Of a stretch of 64,000 bases of DNA, positions 36,641 through 48,840 are shown in pieces. Both the position numbers and the translations under genes were made by a program. Location of the stretch: assembly GCF_030144855.1 (NCBI RefSeq), contig NC_082723.1:15624001-15688000 (forward strand), read 5' to 3'. The notes under the pieces were generated by a model. It worked only from the letters and a program-made list of their open reading frames with translations, made no database searches and was not told the DNA's origin. Positions within the stretch are counted from its first letter, which is position 1; each line of letters begins with the position of its first letter. The stretch comes from Hypanus sabinus (taxonomy: Eukaryota).

Positions 36641-37133
36641 ACTTTCAGTAGCCTTTTTATTAGGTACCTCCTGTGGCCAATGTGTGTAAGTTCATGGTCT
36701 TCTAATGTTGTAGCCCATCAACTTCAAGGTTTGAAGCGCTGTGCATTCGGAGATGCTCTTCTGCATAGTACTGTTGTAATGTGTCGTTATTTGCCTTCCT
36801 GTCAGCTTGAACTGGTCTGCTCATCTCCTCTGACCTCTCTCATTAACGAGGTGTTTTCACCCACAGAACTGCTGCTCACCGGATTTTTATTTATTTTTTT
36901 GCATCATTCTCTGTAAACTCTAGAGACTTGTGTGAAAATCCCAGGAGATCAGCCACCCTGTCTGGCATCAACAATCATTCCATGCTCAAAGTCAAAGTCT
37001 CTTACCCATTCTCATGTTTAGCCTGAACAACAACTGAACCTCTTGACTATGCTTTTATGAGCTGAGTTGCAACTATTCTCTGAGATATTTGCATTAACAA
37101 GCTGGTCTACCTAGTGAAGTGACCGCTGAATGT
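36641..37133 (-). mobile_element. Non-autonomous Tc1 element (second copy)
   Basis: Reverse complement of 26645-27185; degenerate TIRs at both ends. Confidence 0.8.
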
Positions 37134-37777
37134 ATTTGGCACATCACAAATAGCAAATCAGGTTTTACAAGTTGCAGATGCATTTGGCTATAAAGGAGCT
37201 TCCCATTTCAGCTTCCCAAAGAGTATACAGCCAAAGTTGGTAAGTCTAGACAGCTATAATCACCGTTTGCTCTTTTGTGCCATGGTGGATATGAGCAGCT
37301 GGTATACATTTCAAATACATTCGAATGGTAGTCTACACGGCTTATGATTGAAAGGAAGCCATGCACAATTCTGATGCTCAAGCCCTTGCTGTCCACCGTT
37401 GTCTGTTTGTTATTGTCCTCTTTCTTGCTAACGCCCTTCGAGTAGATTCTAATCTAACTGGAATGATCTCTTTTAAGTTCCTACAAAAGGAAATGTTTAC
37501 ATGGTGTAATAATCCTGTTCTTATGAAACCGTATATTTTTGATTGTAAAGCTTTTTAGTAAAATGCAGGCTTTGTATATTTTCAATAAAGTTTTGTAACT
37601 CTATGGAATGAAGCCGTTCTTGTTTATGTGTGACTTACAGGGACAGTGGATATGCTCACTTCACAGAAGCCACCCTATCTATTGCCAAAATGCATCCATT
37701 GATACATTCTTATTCAATTATAACTGTTTTTGATACCTAATTGAAGCTTTTGCATTTTGTGAACTCTTTTTACACAG

Positions 37778-37936
37778 GTAATGGAGAGTGAGGAGTTTAT
37801 GCTTCTGCCAGCAAATCAGATGATTGACATTATTTCCAGTGATGAGTTGAATGTGCGAAGTGAGGAGCAGGTGTACAGTGCTGTTGTATCCTGGGTCAAG
37901 TATAACATTCAAGAGAGGAGAGGACACCTTGCTCAG
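37778..37936 (+). CDS. KLHL20: KLHL20-like coding exon 2 (BACK), 159 nt
   Basis: [53 protein letters not shown]; AG/GT boundaries, phase 0/0. Confidence 0.95.
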
Positions 37937-40900
37937 GTATGAAGGAAGTGATTGAGTGGAAAAGTAGATTTTTCTGCTCTCTCTGCATGTTGGTTTGAAT
38001 TCATCTCAGCTTTCCATATTCTTGGTATGCTCCAGAGTTTTTCTCATGCAAAGGATAACAGGCAGCCAATCTACTGCTGGCAGTGCAAATGCAAATATAA
38101 ATAAATAGCGAGAACATGAGATAATGAGATAAAGAGTCCTTAAAGTGAGATCATTGGTTGTGGAAACATCTCAATGATGCGGCAAGTGAGTGTAGTTATC
38201 CCCTTTTATTGAAGAGCCTGATGGTGGAGGGGTAGAGTACCCAATGGTTGGCAGAATAGAATACTCCTTGCTTCTCTAGAGTGTAGGCGTAGATATTTTA
38301 CCTGAAACCTTTGGAGTAGGATTTAACCCAAAACAGTAATAACTAAGGCACATCTAACACATTGGTTAGTTGATGTTACGAGCGTTGACTTTATTGTTTG
38401 TAATGGATATTCATAATGAGTTTGTTTCTCAATAATTGAATGCCTGGACTTTAAAAAAACACACCTGAAATTTGGTCCAAAATGCTAATTTCAGTCAGAT
38501 GAGATCACAAAATATAAAAAGATGTCACACTTTTCCTGTTAAAAATGTTAATTCTAGTCCTGTTTGGGATGTACCTGCTTTCAGGTTTGTGCTGTTGAGA
38601 CTGAGTAGCTATCATGGCCACTGATCTTGATGCAAACTGCCATGAAGATCTGCCAATCTGTGATATTTACCAATATTGTCTAGTATCGTTATTGAGTCAA
38701 GGCAGCTGCTAGTGTTTGGTGACAGTGATGTCATGAAGCAAAATAATTTAAGAGCCAAAGTTTTAAGTACTGGTTAATAAACCATTAAAATTTCACTTCC
38801 ACACCCTGCACCAAATAACACTTCTGAAATATTTTATGATGAGAATAAATTGCCATTTCCTTGGCCATTAACTTTCCTTGATGATGCTAAAGAAGACAGC
38901 AAAGCTACACATTCTGTAAAGGAGAATGAATGTCAAATTCTGCTTTACTTGGCACATGTTTGTAAATTTTGAAGCTGCTCTCAATTCTGCTCTGTAATAA
39001 TGTGGAGGACCCCCCTTTGTTCATCATGCAGCTGCAGACTCCAAGCTGCTTTAATTTTAATGCAAATTTAATCATCGCAAATGTAACAGCACACTGAGTA
39101 GGAGAAAATCTCTGTTAAGGAGTGAACACCATCTTCTAATTTGAAAATGTGTTTGTGAGTATTAAGGTTTTTGGATGTAGCAGCTGGAACTTTGGCGTAC
39201 ACTTTTTTAATGTTATGAAATGCCCACCTGAACAATTGCTTCTGCCGCCTGCCATGTGCCAGTTAGCTGCCGTGTTTCCTATTTTAAAAAGATAAACATC
39301 CTCTGAAAATTTTCCATTGTAAATTGAAATGGTGTGAGGCCATGAAAGGCTGTATGTTAATCCAACTACAGTATATTTTGTATTCCATGAAAACGATTTT
39401 GGAGTTACAAGTCACAAGTGGTACTACAACAGTAACTTATACATTCTCACACTAATTTGTACTATTTCTTCATAATACTATCCAAATATTATCATTATTT
39501 TATTGTTGAGGTACAGCACAGAAAAGGCCTTTCCAGCCCTTCGCCCAGCAATCCCCTGATTTAACCCTAGGACAATTTACAAAGACTAACTAATCTATCA
39601 ATCGGTACATCTTTGGACTGCGGGTGGAAACTGGAGCATCTGGAGGAAACGCATGCTTTCATGGGGAGAACATACAGACTCCTTACTGGCAGTGGAGGGA
39701 ATTGAACCTCGGTCACCTGTACTGTGAACTGCTACCATCCCATCTGAAAAGTGATCTTATTTATAGTAGCAGAGAACTCTGATAATTAAGGTAATTTTTC
39801 AAAGAATGACTATACTTTGAAGTTGAGGCTAACCAATAATTCACATGACCTTGACTTTCTTTTGCTTTGGGTTATACTGCGTCATCTGCATTGATGGCCA
39901 TAACTTCTATATAGCATCTTTGAGAGTAAGGATTTAGCTGATTGTTGGTAGCTGTCCTGTAAATGATAAATTCCATAAATATTAAAAAAGACCCACATGA
40001 TGTAAGGGAAGTAACTTCAAGCATTTCAATATTGTTAAATCCTGGAATTAAGAGAAGTTTCTGATCTCAGTAATGGAAGCTATAATATGACTGTACTGTT
40101 ATAGTTGGGGGAAGTGAAGCCTGTCATCTTTGTCTTGTTTGGTGTATTTGTGATTCCAGGCCCATCACTGTGATTGTTTCATCAGCTTATTTCAACGATG
40201 ATTAGAAAAATTGTTAGCAATACCAACTTTCTGCATCCTCTGAGTAATTTAAACAAAAATATCGGGGCAGTTAAGTGTCAACTGTATTGTTGGGTTCTCT
40301 GCTGACAGGTGAGTCTCTCAGTTGGTGGTAGTTGGCACAAGGTGCAAAGTAACCCCAATAACTTCCACTGTAGCATTATTTTTAACTAAAATCCAAACCA
40401 TTTTCCATAGCTATTTGCAACCAGCAACAGAGTGAAAAATTAAAACCAACCATTGGATAAACTGAGGCAAAGTCAATGCCACCATCTCCTCCTACTCTGT
40501 GCAGCTTGACTTTGAATGGGGTTATTAATAAAGGACAGTGGGAAATGAGTGGTAGTATTGATACATTAACTGTCAGCTTAGATGCTGGGTTTGCTGTGAT
40601 TTTGGGGTGGTTTTGAATTGTGCGATTGAAGTTCCAGCAACTTGAGGGAGGAGATGGAAAATGGAAGAATAAGCAGCATGGTTGTGTGGCAGTTACCATA
40701 CTGCTAGCTGTAAAATTGATCAGGGTTCAACTGCCACTGCTGTCTGTAATGCGTTTGTACGTTCTCCCTTTGACCACGTGTCTTTCCTCTGGGTGCTCTG
40801 ATTTCCTCCCACATTCCAAACTTGTACTGATTAGGGTTAGTAAATTGTAGGTTCGTGATGGAAGCATAGTGATGCTTGTGGCCTGTCCCGCACAACCCTT

Positions 40901-41168
40901 GCCGATTTAATTTGACTCAAACAACACATCTCACTGTATGTTTCAATGTACCTGTGACAAATACAGCTAATCTTCATCTTTAACCTTTAAGAACTTTCCA
41001 TTAGTTAATGCTGGCAGTCTTTTGACTATAGTGAGCAGTCTTTGTTTAGAGTAGAAGGGTCAAAATGCCTTTTGTAGTTTTTAGATTTGGAGAGTTTGCC
41101 TCTGGATAATATATATTGCAGTGAAGTTTCGTGTTCTTTTCTTCTTCCCATTCTCTCCCCCACCCTAG

Positions 41169-41263
41169 GTCTTGCAACACGTTCGTTTGCCATTGCTGAG
41201 TCCTAAATTCTTGGTTGGCACAGTTGGAACAGACTCTTTGATCAAAAGTGATGAAATGTGCAG
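41169..41263 (+). CDS. KLHL20: KLHL20-like coding exon 3, 95 nt
   Basis: [31 protein letters not shown](R); not in the ORF track; TAG/GTAATA boundaries. Confidence 0.95.
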
Positions 41264-41501
41264 GTAATATCCATTGTACACTCAGCAAGCATGCTATATG
41301 GAAGAGTTTCTATATTACAAAAAAATCAATCGGTACTTATGAAGCCACAACATTGCTGCATAAAATGGCTGATCATTGGAAGCTGAATAATTGTTCATTG
41401 TGTTTACAAACAAGAGAAACTGCAGATGCTGGAAATCTAGGCAACACACACAAAATGCTGGGAACTCAGCAGGCCAGGCGGCATCTATTGAAATGAATAA
41501 A

Positions 41502-41539
41502 CAGTCGACGTTTCAGGCTGAGACCCTTCATCAGGACTG
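41502..41539 (-). ncRNA. Minimal type I hammerhead ribozyme motif, core intact
   Basis: CAGUC-CUGAUGA-AGG(GUCUCAG)CCU-GAAAC-GUC-GACUG: helix I CAGUC/GACUG, conserved core, GUC cleavage triplet, palindromic ACGU helix III. Confidence 0.8.
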
Positions 41540-42423
41540 GAAAAAAAGATGAGGAGTCAAGTAAGAAGGTGGAGGGGAGGGGAGGAAGAAGTACAAGGTG
41601 GCAGGTGACAGGTGAAACCAGGAGAGGGAGAGGGGTGAAGTAGAGAGATGGGGCCGATTTGTGAAAGAGAGAAAGGGCTGGAGAAGAGGGGATCTGTTAG
41701 GAGAGGACAGAAGGCCACAGAAGGAAGGGAAGGGGAGGAGCACCAAAGGTGATGGGCAGGTTAGGAGATAAGGTGAGAGAGGGAAATGGGAATGGGGAAT
41801 AGTGAAGGAGGAGGGAAGGCCAATTACTGGAAGTTCAAGAAATCAACGTTTATGCCATTAGGTTGAAGGCTACCCAGGCGGATTATAAGGTGTTGCTTCT
41901 CCACTTGTTTTGATTGCAAGGATAAGTGTTACACCTGTCCCTACACCTGCTCCCTCATTACCATCCTGGGCCCCAAACAATTCTTCCAGGTGAGGTGACA
42001 CTTCACTGGTGGAGTCATCTAGTGTATCTGATGCTCCTGGTGTGGCCTCCCGTTAATTGGTGATTGAGAGACTGCTTCACTGAGCACCTACACCGGAAGA
42101 AAATGGGATTGCCTGGTGGCCACCCATTCTCATTCCGACATGTCAGACAATGGCCTTCTCTACTGTTGTGATAAGGCCACATTCAGGGTGGAGGAGCAAC
42201 ACCTTATATTCTATCTGGGTAGCCTCCAAACTGATGGCATGAACGTCGATTTCTTGAACTTCCAGTAATTTTCCCCCACCCCATTTCCATTTCCCTCTCT
42301 CACCTTATCATCTCCCTTTGGTGCCCCTCCCCTTCCCTTTCTTCTGAAGGTTTCTGTCCTCTCCTATCAGATTCCCCCTTTTCCAGCCCTGTATCTGTTC
42401 CATCAATCAACTTCCCAGCTCTC

Positions 42424-42452
42424 TAGATAGATAGATAGATAAATAGATAGAT
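42424..42452. repeat. (GATA)n microsatellite, 3' tail of Rex1
   Basis: TAGATAGATAGATAGATAAATAGATAGATA. Confidence 0.9.
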
Positions 42453-43401
42453 ACTTTATTCATCCCCAAGGGGAAATTCAACATTTTTCCAGTGTCCCAT
42501 ACACTTATTGTAGCAAAACTAATTACATACAGTATTTAACTCAGTATAAATATGATATGCATCTAAAATCACCCTCCCAAAAAGCATTAATAAATAACTT
42601 TTAAAAAGTTCTTAAATAGTTTACTAAAATGCATTGAGTGGTAACTTAAGCTCAGTCCTAACCCCGGCACTTTAACATGTCTTGCCCCTGGTGGTTGAAT
42701 TGTAGAGCCGAATGGCGTTGGGGAGTAATGATCTCTTCATCCTGTCTGAGGAGCATTGCATTGACAGCAACCTGCCGCTGAAGCTGCTTCTCTGTCTCTG
42801 GATGGTGCTGTGCAGAGGATGTTCAGGGTTTTCCATGATTGACCGTAGCCTACTCAGCGCCCTCCGCTCTGCCACCGATGTCATACTCTCCAGTTCTGTG
42901 CCCACGACAGAGCCCGCCTTCCTTACCAGCTTATTAAGATGTGAGGCGTCCCTCTTCTTAATGCTGCCTCCCCAGCATGCCACCACAAAGAAGAGGGCGC
43001 TCTCCACAACTGACCGATAGAACATCTTCAGCATCTCACTACAAACATTGAATGACGCCAGCCTTCTGAGGAAGTACAGTCGACTCTGTGCTTTCCTGCA
43101 CAGAGCATCTGTGTTGGCAGTCCAGTCTAGCTTCTCGTCTAACTGCACTCCCAGATACTTGTAGGTCTTAACCTGCTCCACACATTCTCCATTAATGAAC
43201 ACTGGCTCCATATGAGGCCGAGATCTCCTAAAGTCCACCACCATCTCCTTGGTCTTGGTGATAATGAGACGCAGGTAGTTTGAGTTGCACCATATCACAA
43301 AGTCCTGTATCAGTTTCCTATACTCTTCCTCCTGACCATTCCTGACACACCCCACTATGGCCATGTCATCAGCGAACGTCTGCACATGGCAGGACTCCGA
43401 G
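42424..43401 (-). mobile_element. 5'-truncated Rex1/Babar LINE
   Basis: Open 237-aa RT C-terminus (FADDMAIVG, KTKEMVVDFRR, YKYLGV, SRLYFLRRL); AATAAA followed by (TATC)n tail. Confidence 0.9.
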
Positions 43402-43517
43402 ATCCCTATTTCGCCCTATTTAACCCTTCCCCCTCCCGGTTTTATCTATCACACACTACCTTGTATTTCTTCCTCCCCTCCCTCATCTTCTAGCTCTGAC
43501 TTCTCATCTTTCTCCCC

Positions 43518-43554
43518 CAGTCCTGATGAAGGGTCTCGCCTGAAATGTCAACTG
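43518..43554 (+). ncRNA. Minimal hammerhead motif, CpG-decayed
   Basis: CAGUC-CUGAUGA-AGGGUCUCGCCU-GAAAU-GUC-AACUG; core intact, with two transitions in helices I and III. Confidence 0.6.
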
Positions 43555-44559
43555 TTTACTCTTTTCAATAGATGCTGTCTGACCTACTGAGTTCCTGCAG
43601 CATTTTGTATTTACTGTTGATCTGTTACTCATTTTAACATCAATGTCATTTTGTAGTTTCAAATGATTTGGAACTCCATTTGAGCAAAGTCTTTATATGT
43701 TTGTATCAGTTACTGTGATTTTTTTTTTAAGTACTTATTTTAGTTTTAGTCTATTTTAGCTTTGCCAAAGAACTGTCTGGTGGCTTTTGACTCCACACCA
43801 TCATCTACAATTATTTGAACATAAATCTGTGCATTTTCGGAAGATGAGCTTTTGTGAATTGATGTTATATCTGATATTTGAACTGAAATCTAAAAAGGAA
43901 AGAATTTTCAGGGTGGAAGTAAAACATAGTTGTAGTGTTCCAAATATACAGTAATGATTTTCAAACTATCATGCAATTTTTCCATCATCATTTGCAAGAG
44001 TGCAGAACATTGATCAAATTTTAGTGTTAAGACCAGTTATTGAATTTTATGAACTATTTAAAGAGGGGCTGTCACTTTTGGGATCTCACACAATGTGCTG
44101 AAGTGGAAGTGGACAGAGCTCTGGAAATCCAATTTGCAACAACTTTGAACATACAGAATTTTAATAGTGAATTAATCACTGGCCTTCAGCTGGAATTATC
44201 AAGGCAATAATTTAAAGATTCTCCCCTATTATTGATTGGCCATAAAGTGAACTGGCTTGGGCAGTGTTTTAACACATTTTGTTAAAATGTATTGTGGTTT
44301 TGTGTTATCACTTGCTCATTTATTTAAGACTTCCAGAAAGACTGCGACAAAAGGCTGCAAGGGGCTTCCAACTCTTTATTTAGATAGTAAGGTGCGTATT
44401 CTTGGCACAACACCAAAAAAAAACATTCAGGCATGCCCTTCTCACACTTGTGTCACCAGCCTTCTCCTTCAATGTACTTGCATCGATCACAAGAATTATT
44501 TGTGATATTAAGCTCTAATTCTGACCATTATCTGGAAAATGAATTTTTCCCTGTATTTC

Positions 44560-44850
44560 CACAGATCCCTGAACGTTGCCTCACAGGTAGATAGGGTAGT
44601 TAAGAAAGCTTATGGGGTGTTAGGTTTCATCAGTCAAGGGATAGAGTTTAAGAGACGCGATGTAATGATGCAGCTCTATAAAACTCTAGTTAGGCCACAC
44701 TTGGAGTACTGTGTCCAGCTCTCGCCTCACTATAGGAAGGATGTGGAAGCATTGGAAAGGGTACAGAGGAGATTTACCAGGATGCTGCCGGTTTAGAGAG
44801 TATGTATTATGATCAGAGATTAAGGGAGCTAGGGCTTTACTCTTTGGAGT
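44560..44850 (+). mobile_element. CR1 RT fragment
   Basis: QVDRVVKKAYG...LVRPHLEYCVQ...QRRFTRMLP. Confidence 0.9.
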
Positions 44851-46129
44851 TTTAAAACATCTGATTAAATGAACAGTTTTATTGCTAGCTGTATAAGGCT
44901 GTTTGCTGAAGCATTTTCTAGATTTTTGCACCTTTTTAACATTGGCTGTTCTTTGTTGCTTTCTACTAGAACAGTCTGAGATACTCAATCCATGCTGACT
45001 CGTTAGAATCTACAAGATACTGTGTAGAAGCCTACTGCTAGATATAGTATCTGGGTTGTAAAGTAAATTAAAAAAACAAAGGTTAATTGTTTTCATTTTG
45101 GCCTCTGCAGTTTTTTTGTCAAAGAACAAAATCTATTTAACCATTCCAGATCTACTCATTATTTCATCTCTAAAGACCAGTTTTATAAGGGATCTTTGAC
45201 AACTAGTGTCCAAGAATATAGCTTCAGGTTCCTACAATTGGAATATTTGTTATATGACTGAAATGCCTAATGTTACCTTGCATGGTTTCATTTTCAAATT
45301 CTTTGCATATAGCTGGGCTTTTTCTTTTAATGGTTAGTACTCCATTCCAGTTAAAACTTTTTAAGTACTGTGAAATGCACATTTTGCTTTGGATGGACCA
45401 TAAAAGGAATCCAAATGTGTCTTGCGATTGATTTTTGTTCACTGAATTTTATTTATATAATCCTGACTGCTTTTTTTTTAAAAAGTACCATTATTTGGTT
45501 GTAATTTTTCATGGAGAAAAATAAGCCTTTTGTAAAGACAAATAAACATGCCTTAAACTCACTGAATTCCGTTAGCAATTTTTTTAATATTCTAACCAAT
45601 TTTTCATGGGTAAATTTATAAGATACTAGTTAATACGAATGGATAATTTCCCTTCTGTCATTCACTGATCTCTGTGATAAGAATAAAATACTTCTGAAAA
45701 AGTTCAATATTCTCAATATTAAACACAAAAACATCACAATCAATATCTTTGGAAAGTATTGCAGTTCAGGTTACTTGCCTTTAAGAAGCAATTGTATAAT
45801 ATTTGTTTAGAGTTGGCACTCAATGTAGCTTTTTTAAATACATACAAAATGCTGGAGGAACTTAGCAGACCAGGCAACATCTATGGAAAAGGGTAAACAG
45901 TCAACATTTCAGGCTAAGATCCTTCATGAATTCCTCCGGCATTCTGTGTGTATTGCATTGATTTCTAGTATCTGTAGACTTTCTGTTGTTTGCTGCAACT
46001 GTGTGTCATATACACTTGACAGTGTCATTATATACACTTGACAAATGGATGGTTGCATCATAATGATTTTTTTCTCTATTCCAACACCACATTTTCATTC
46101 TGTACTGCCCAACTCCATGTGTTCTTCAG

Positions 46130-46245
46130 AGATCTCTTGGACGAAGCAAAAAATTATCTACTTCTGCCGCAGGAGAGACCCCTAATGCAAGGCCCTCGAA
46201 CTCGACCTCGAAAACCTATTCGATGTGGAGAGGTGCTTTTTGCTG
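46130..46245 (+). CDS. KLHL20: KLHL20-like coding exon 4, 116 nt
   Basis: [38 protein letters not shown]; CAG/GTAAGC boundaries. Confidence 0.95.
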
Positions 46246-46274
46246 GTAAGCTGAACATGGTAGTTTATTTAAAC

Positions 46275-47420
46275 TAGTGGTCGCCAACCCGTCGATCGCA
46301 ATCGACTAGTTGATCTCGGAGACTTTCCCAGTAGATCCCGAAAAAAAGAAAAATAAATAAGCAAATACTGTTGAGAGACAGTGTCCGGATTGCGGGGTTT
46401 TGGTTCCGTTCTTTCTGCCCGGTGCGCATGCGTGTAGCTCCCCCACCCCCCCGCACTACACAGTGTACATCAGTGGTCCCTGACCACCAGGCCAGAGGAA
46501 ACAATATGCGTCAGCTGCTCCTTTCCTCATTCCCTGTCACGCCCACTGTTGAACTTGAATGCACGCGAGGTCATTACCCAAGCGCGCCAGAGATCACTGG
46601 TTGGCCTCGGGTAACTGGCTGGCGGGAAGTGCCGATGCTACCAGCCCAGAGTGTGGACAGATGGGCTCCGCCTCTGAACGTGTTTAGCACACCGAATGTT
46701 CGTGGGGAACCCGGTGCTAAAATATTCACAGACCTCATTCGTGCTCAGGGTTTCATAAGCAGCAGATCAGCTACCTCGCTGGATTTACTGAAACAAACTT
46801 CTGTTGGCCGATAGGTCCTACAAGGGGGGCGGGCGCACGTCCTCATGCACTCCTCACTTGGTCGGTCGGTCGCTCTCCGGACTGCGACTGCCGCGGCCCC
46901 GGTATGGAAACAGACACACCTGGCCAAGGTGGCAGGCGGGCGGGCGGGAGGCTGGAGGCTGTCTAATGAGGCAATGAAGCCCTCAAAACTGTTCTGGTAC
47001 CGAGTCCAAGCACCCCGCACTGAAAGACAAACTCGTTGAGTTCTTTTCCAGCGGATAAAACGTGAGTAAATGGGACAGCAGCTGAGAGCCACGTCAACTA
47101 AATTGCAGAATAGACTGGACATAAGGAGCCTGTTTCGAGTATATCTGTACTGCCGTCACATTTAACACCCACACCCTCCCCCCCACCCCCCGTCAGCCAG
47201 TCTGCAAGAATATTGTCAATATTAAACCTGTCTGCTATGCAAAAAAAATGGTGGTGACCCTGGTGCTTATACGTTATTTCTACTTCTGGGTTGCGGGGTT
47301 TTAGTTCCGGTCTTTTCTGCCCCGGTGCTCGTGCGCGTAACTAATAGATTTGGAGTCGATCTTGCCTTTCACTAAGGCTGAGGAAGGGGAGCTTGGACTT
47401 AAAAAGGTTGGTGACCACTA
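46275..47420. mobile_element. Non-autonomous hAT (Charlie/Buster-like) element
   Basis: TIRs TAGTGGTCGCCAACC / GGTTGGTGACCACTA; exact 8-bp TSD ATTTAAAC; BED-finger remnant NEAMKPSKL...SKHPALKDK near 46965-47045. Confidence 0.92.
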
Positions 47421-47837
47421 ATTTAAACAGTAGTTTATAGTATAATTAGCCTATTACTAAATATTTCAAATTTGTGTGGATTCAGCAGTGTTTTCTGTTA
47501 GTTATGAATCTGACATCATTCTATTAGTCTTTTCCGAAATTATGTCGTTATAGGGCTTATAAATCTGCTTGCTTTACTAAAACATACTGCAAATGATTAA
47601 ACTGGCATCTAGACATATAAAACTGTCTTTTCAGTTAATAGTTGTTCTCAGCGTGCAGTTTAATGTTGGATTTTAACCCTTAATCAAGCTAAATACAGCA
47701 GCGCCTCTAGCTAACCTGAATTAAAAATGCTAAAAAAAAACTCAGCAGTCCAGGCAACTTCAGTGGAAAGATAAATAATTTTTATTTTAGTTTTTATTTA
47801 TTGAGATACATTGTGGAACGGGCCCTTCTGGTTCTTA

Positions 47838-48232
47838 AGAACATAGAATATAGAACAATATAGCGCGGTACAGGCCCTTCAGCCCACAATGTTGTGCTGA
47901 CCCCTAAACCCTGCCTCCCATATAACCCCCCACCTTAAATTCCTCCATATACCTGTCTAGTGGTCTCTTAAATTTCACTAGTGTATCTGCCTCCACCACT
48001 GACTCAGGCAGTGCATTCCACACACCGACCACTCTCTGAGTAAAAAACCTTCCTCTAATAACCCCCTTGAACTTCCCTCCCCTTACCTTAAAGCCATGTC
48101 CTCTTGTACTGAGCAGTGGTGCCCTGGGGAAGAGGCGCTGGCTGTCCACTCCGTCTATTCCTCTTGATATCTTGTACACCTCTATCCTGTCTCCTCTCAT
48201 CCTCCTCCTCGCCAGAGAGTAAAGCCCTAGCT
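47838..48232 (-). mobile_element. CR1 3' fragment inserted into a V-SINE
   Basis: ELGLYSLARRRMRGD...FFTQRVVGVWNALP; the SINE continues on both sides. Confidence 0.88.
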
Positions 48233-48656
48233 CCCTTTCTTCCAACCATGCTGCCCAGCAACCCCCAGTTTAATCCTAGCCTAATCACAGGACAGTTTAC
48301 TATGACCAATTAACCAACCAACCAATCAGTATGTTTTTGGACCATGGGAGGAAACCGGAGCACCCTGTGGGGAGAAACCCACACAGTCACAGGGAGAACG
48401 TACAAGCTCTTTACAGACAGCAGTGGGAAATTAACACAATCGCTTTTTGTACTTTGTTTCTTCCTTATTTCCTAGAAACATCATCTTATTAACAGCAACT
48501 TGATTGGGTTGGGCAGAGCTTTAGGGACAGCTTCAAGCCAGTGAGCACTGAGTCTCTAACATTAGCAAGTGAGATTATGGATGAGCAAAACCTTGTTAAA
48601 TACAAGAATCTTTTTAATGCTATCTTTTAACCTTTTTTTGTCCCTTTTTTATGTAG

Positions 48657-48840
48657 TTGGTGGTTGGTGCAGTGGTGATGCAATCTCCAGTGTGGAACGC
48701 TATGATCCTCAAGCACATGAATGGCGAATGATGGCATCGATGTCTAAGCGAAGGTGCGGTGTCGGTGTGGCAGTTCTTGATGATCTTTTGTACGCAGTTG
48801 GAGGTCATGATGGGTCTTCCTATCTCAATAGTGTAGAAAG
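48657..48840 (+). CDS. KLHL20: KLHL20-like coding exon 5 (Kelch 1-2), 184 nt
   Basis: [62 protein letters not shown]. Confidence 0.96.

Larger units (their letters stand above)
41410..43612. mobile_element. Penelope-like element: GIY-YIG remnant flanked by inverted terminal repeats, interrupted by Rex1
   Basis: 41930-42268 encodes decayed GPKQ.FQVR.HFT...F.EHL...EEQHLIFYLGSLQTDGMNVDF; 41410-41905 is the reverse complement of 42188-42423 plus 43402-43612. Confidence 0.85.

Noticed and set aside
46001-46042. Short tandem duplication GTGTCA(T)TATACACTTGACA
   Set aside because: Ordinary slippage duplication in an intron.
46371-47122. ORFs inside the hAT element
   Set aside because: GC-rich chance ORFs; only a short frameshifted transposase remnant is real.
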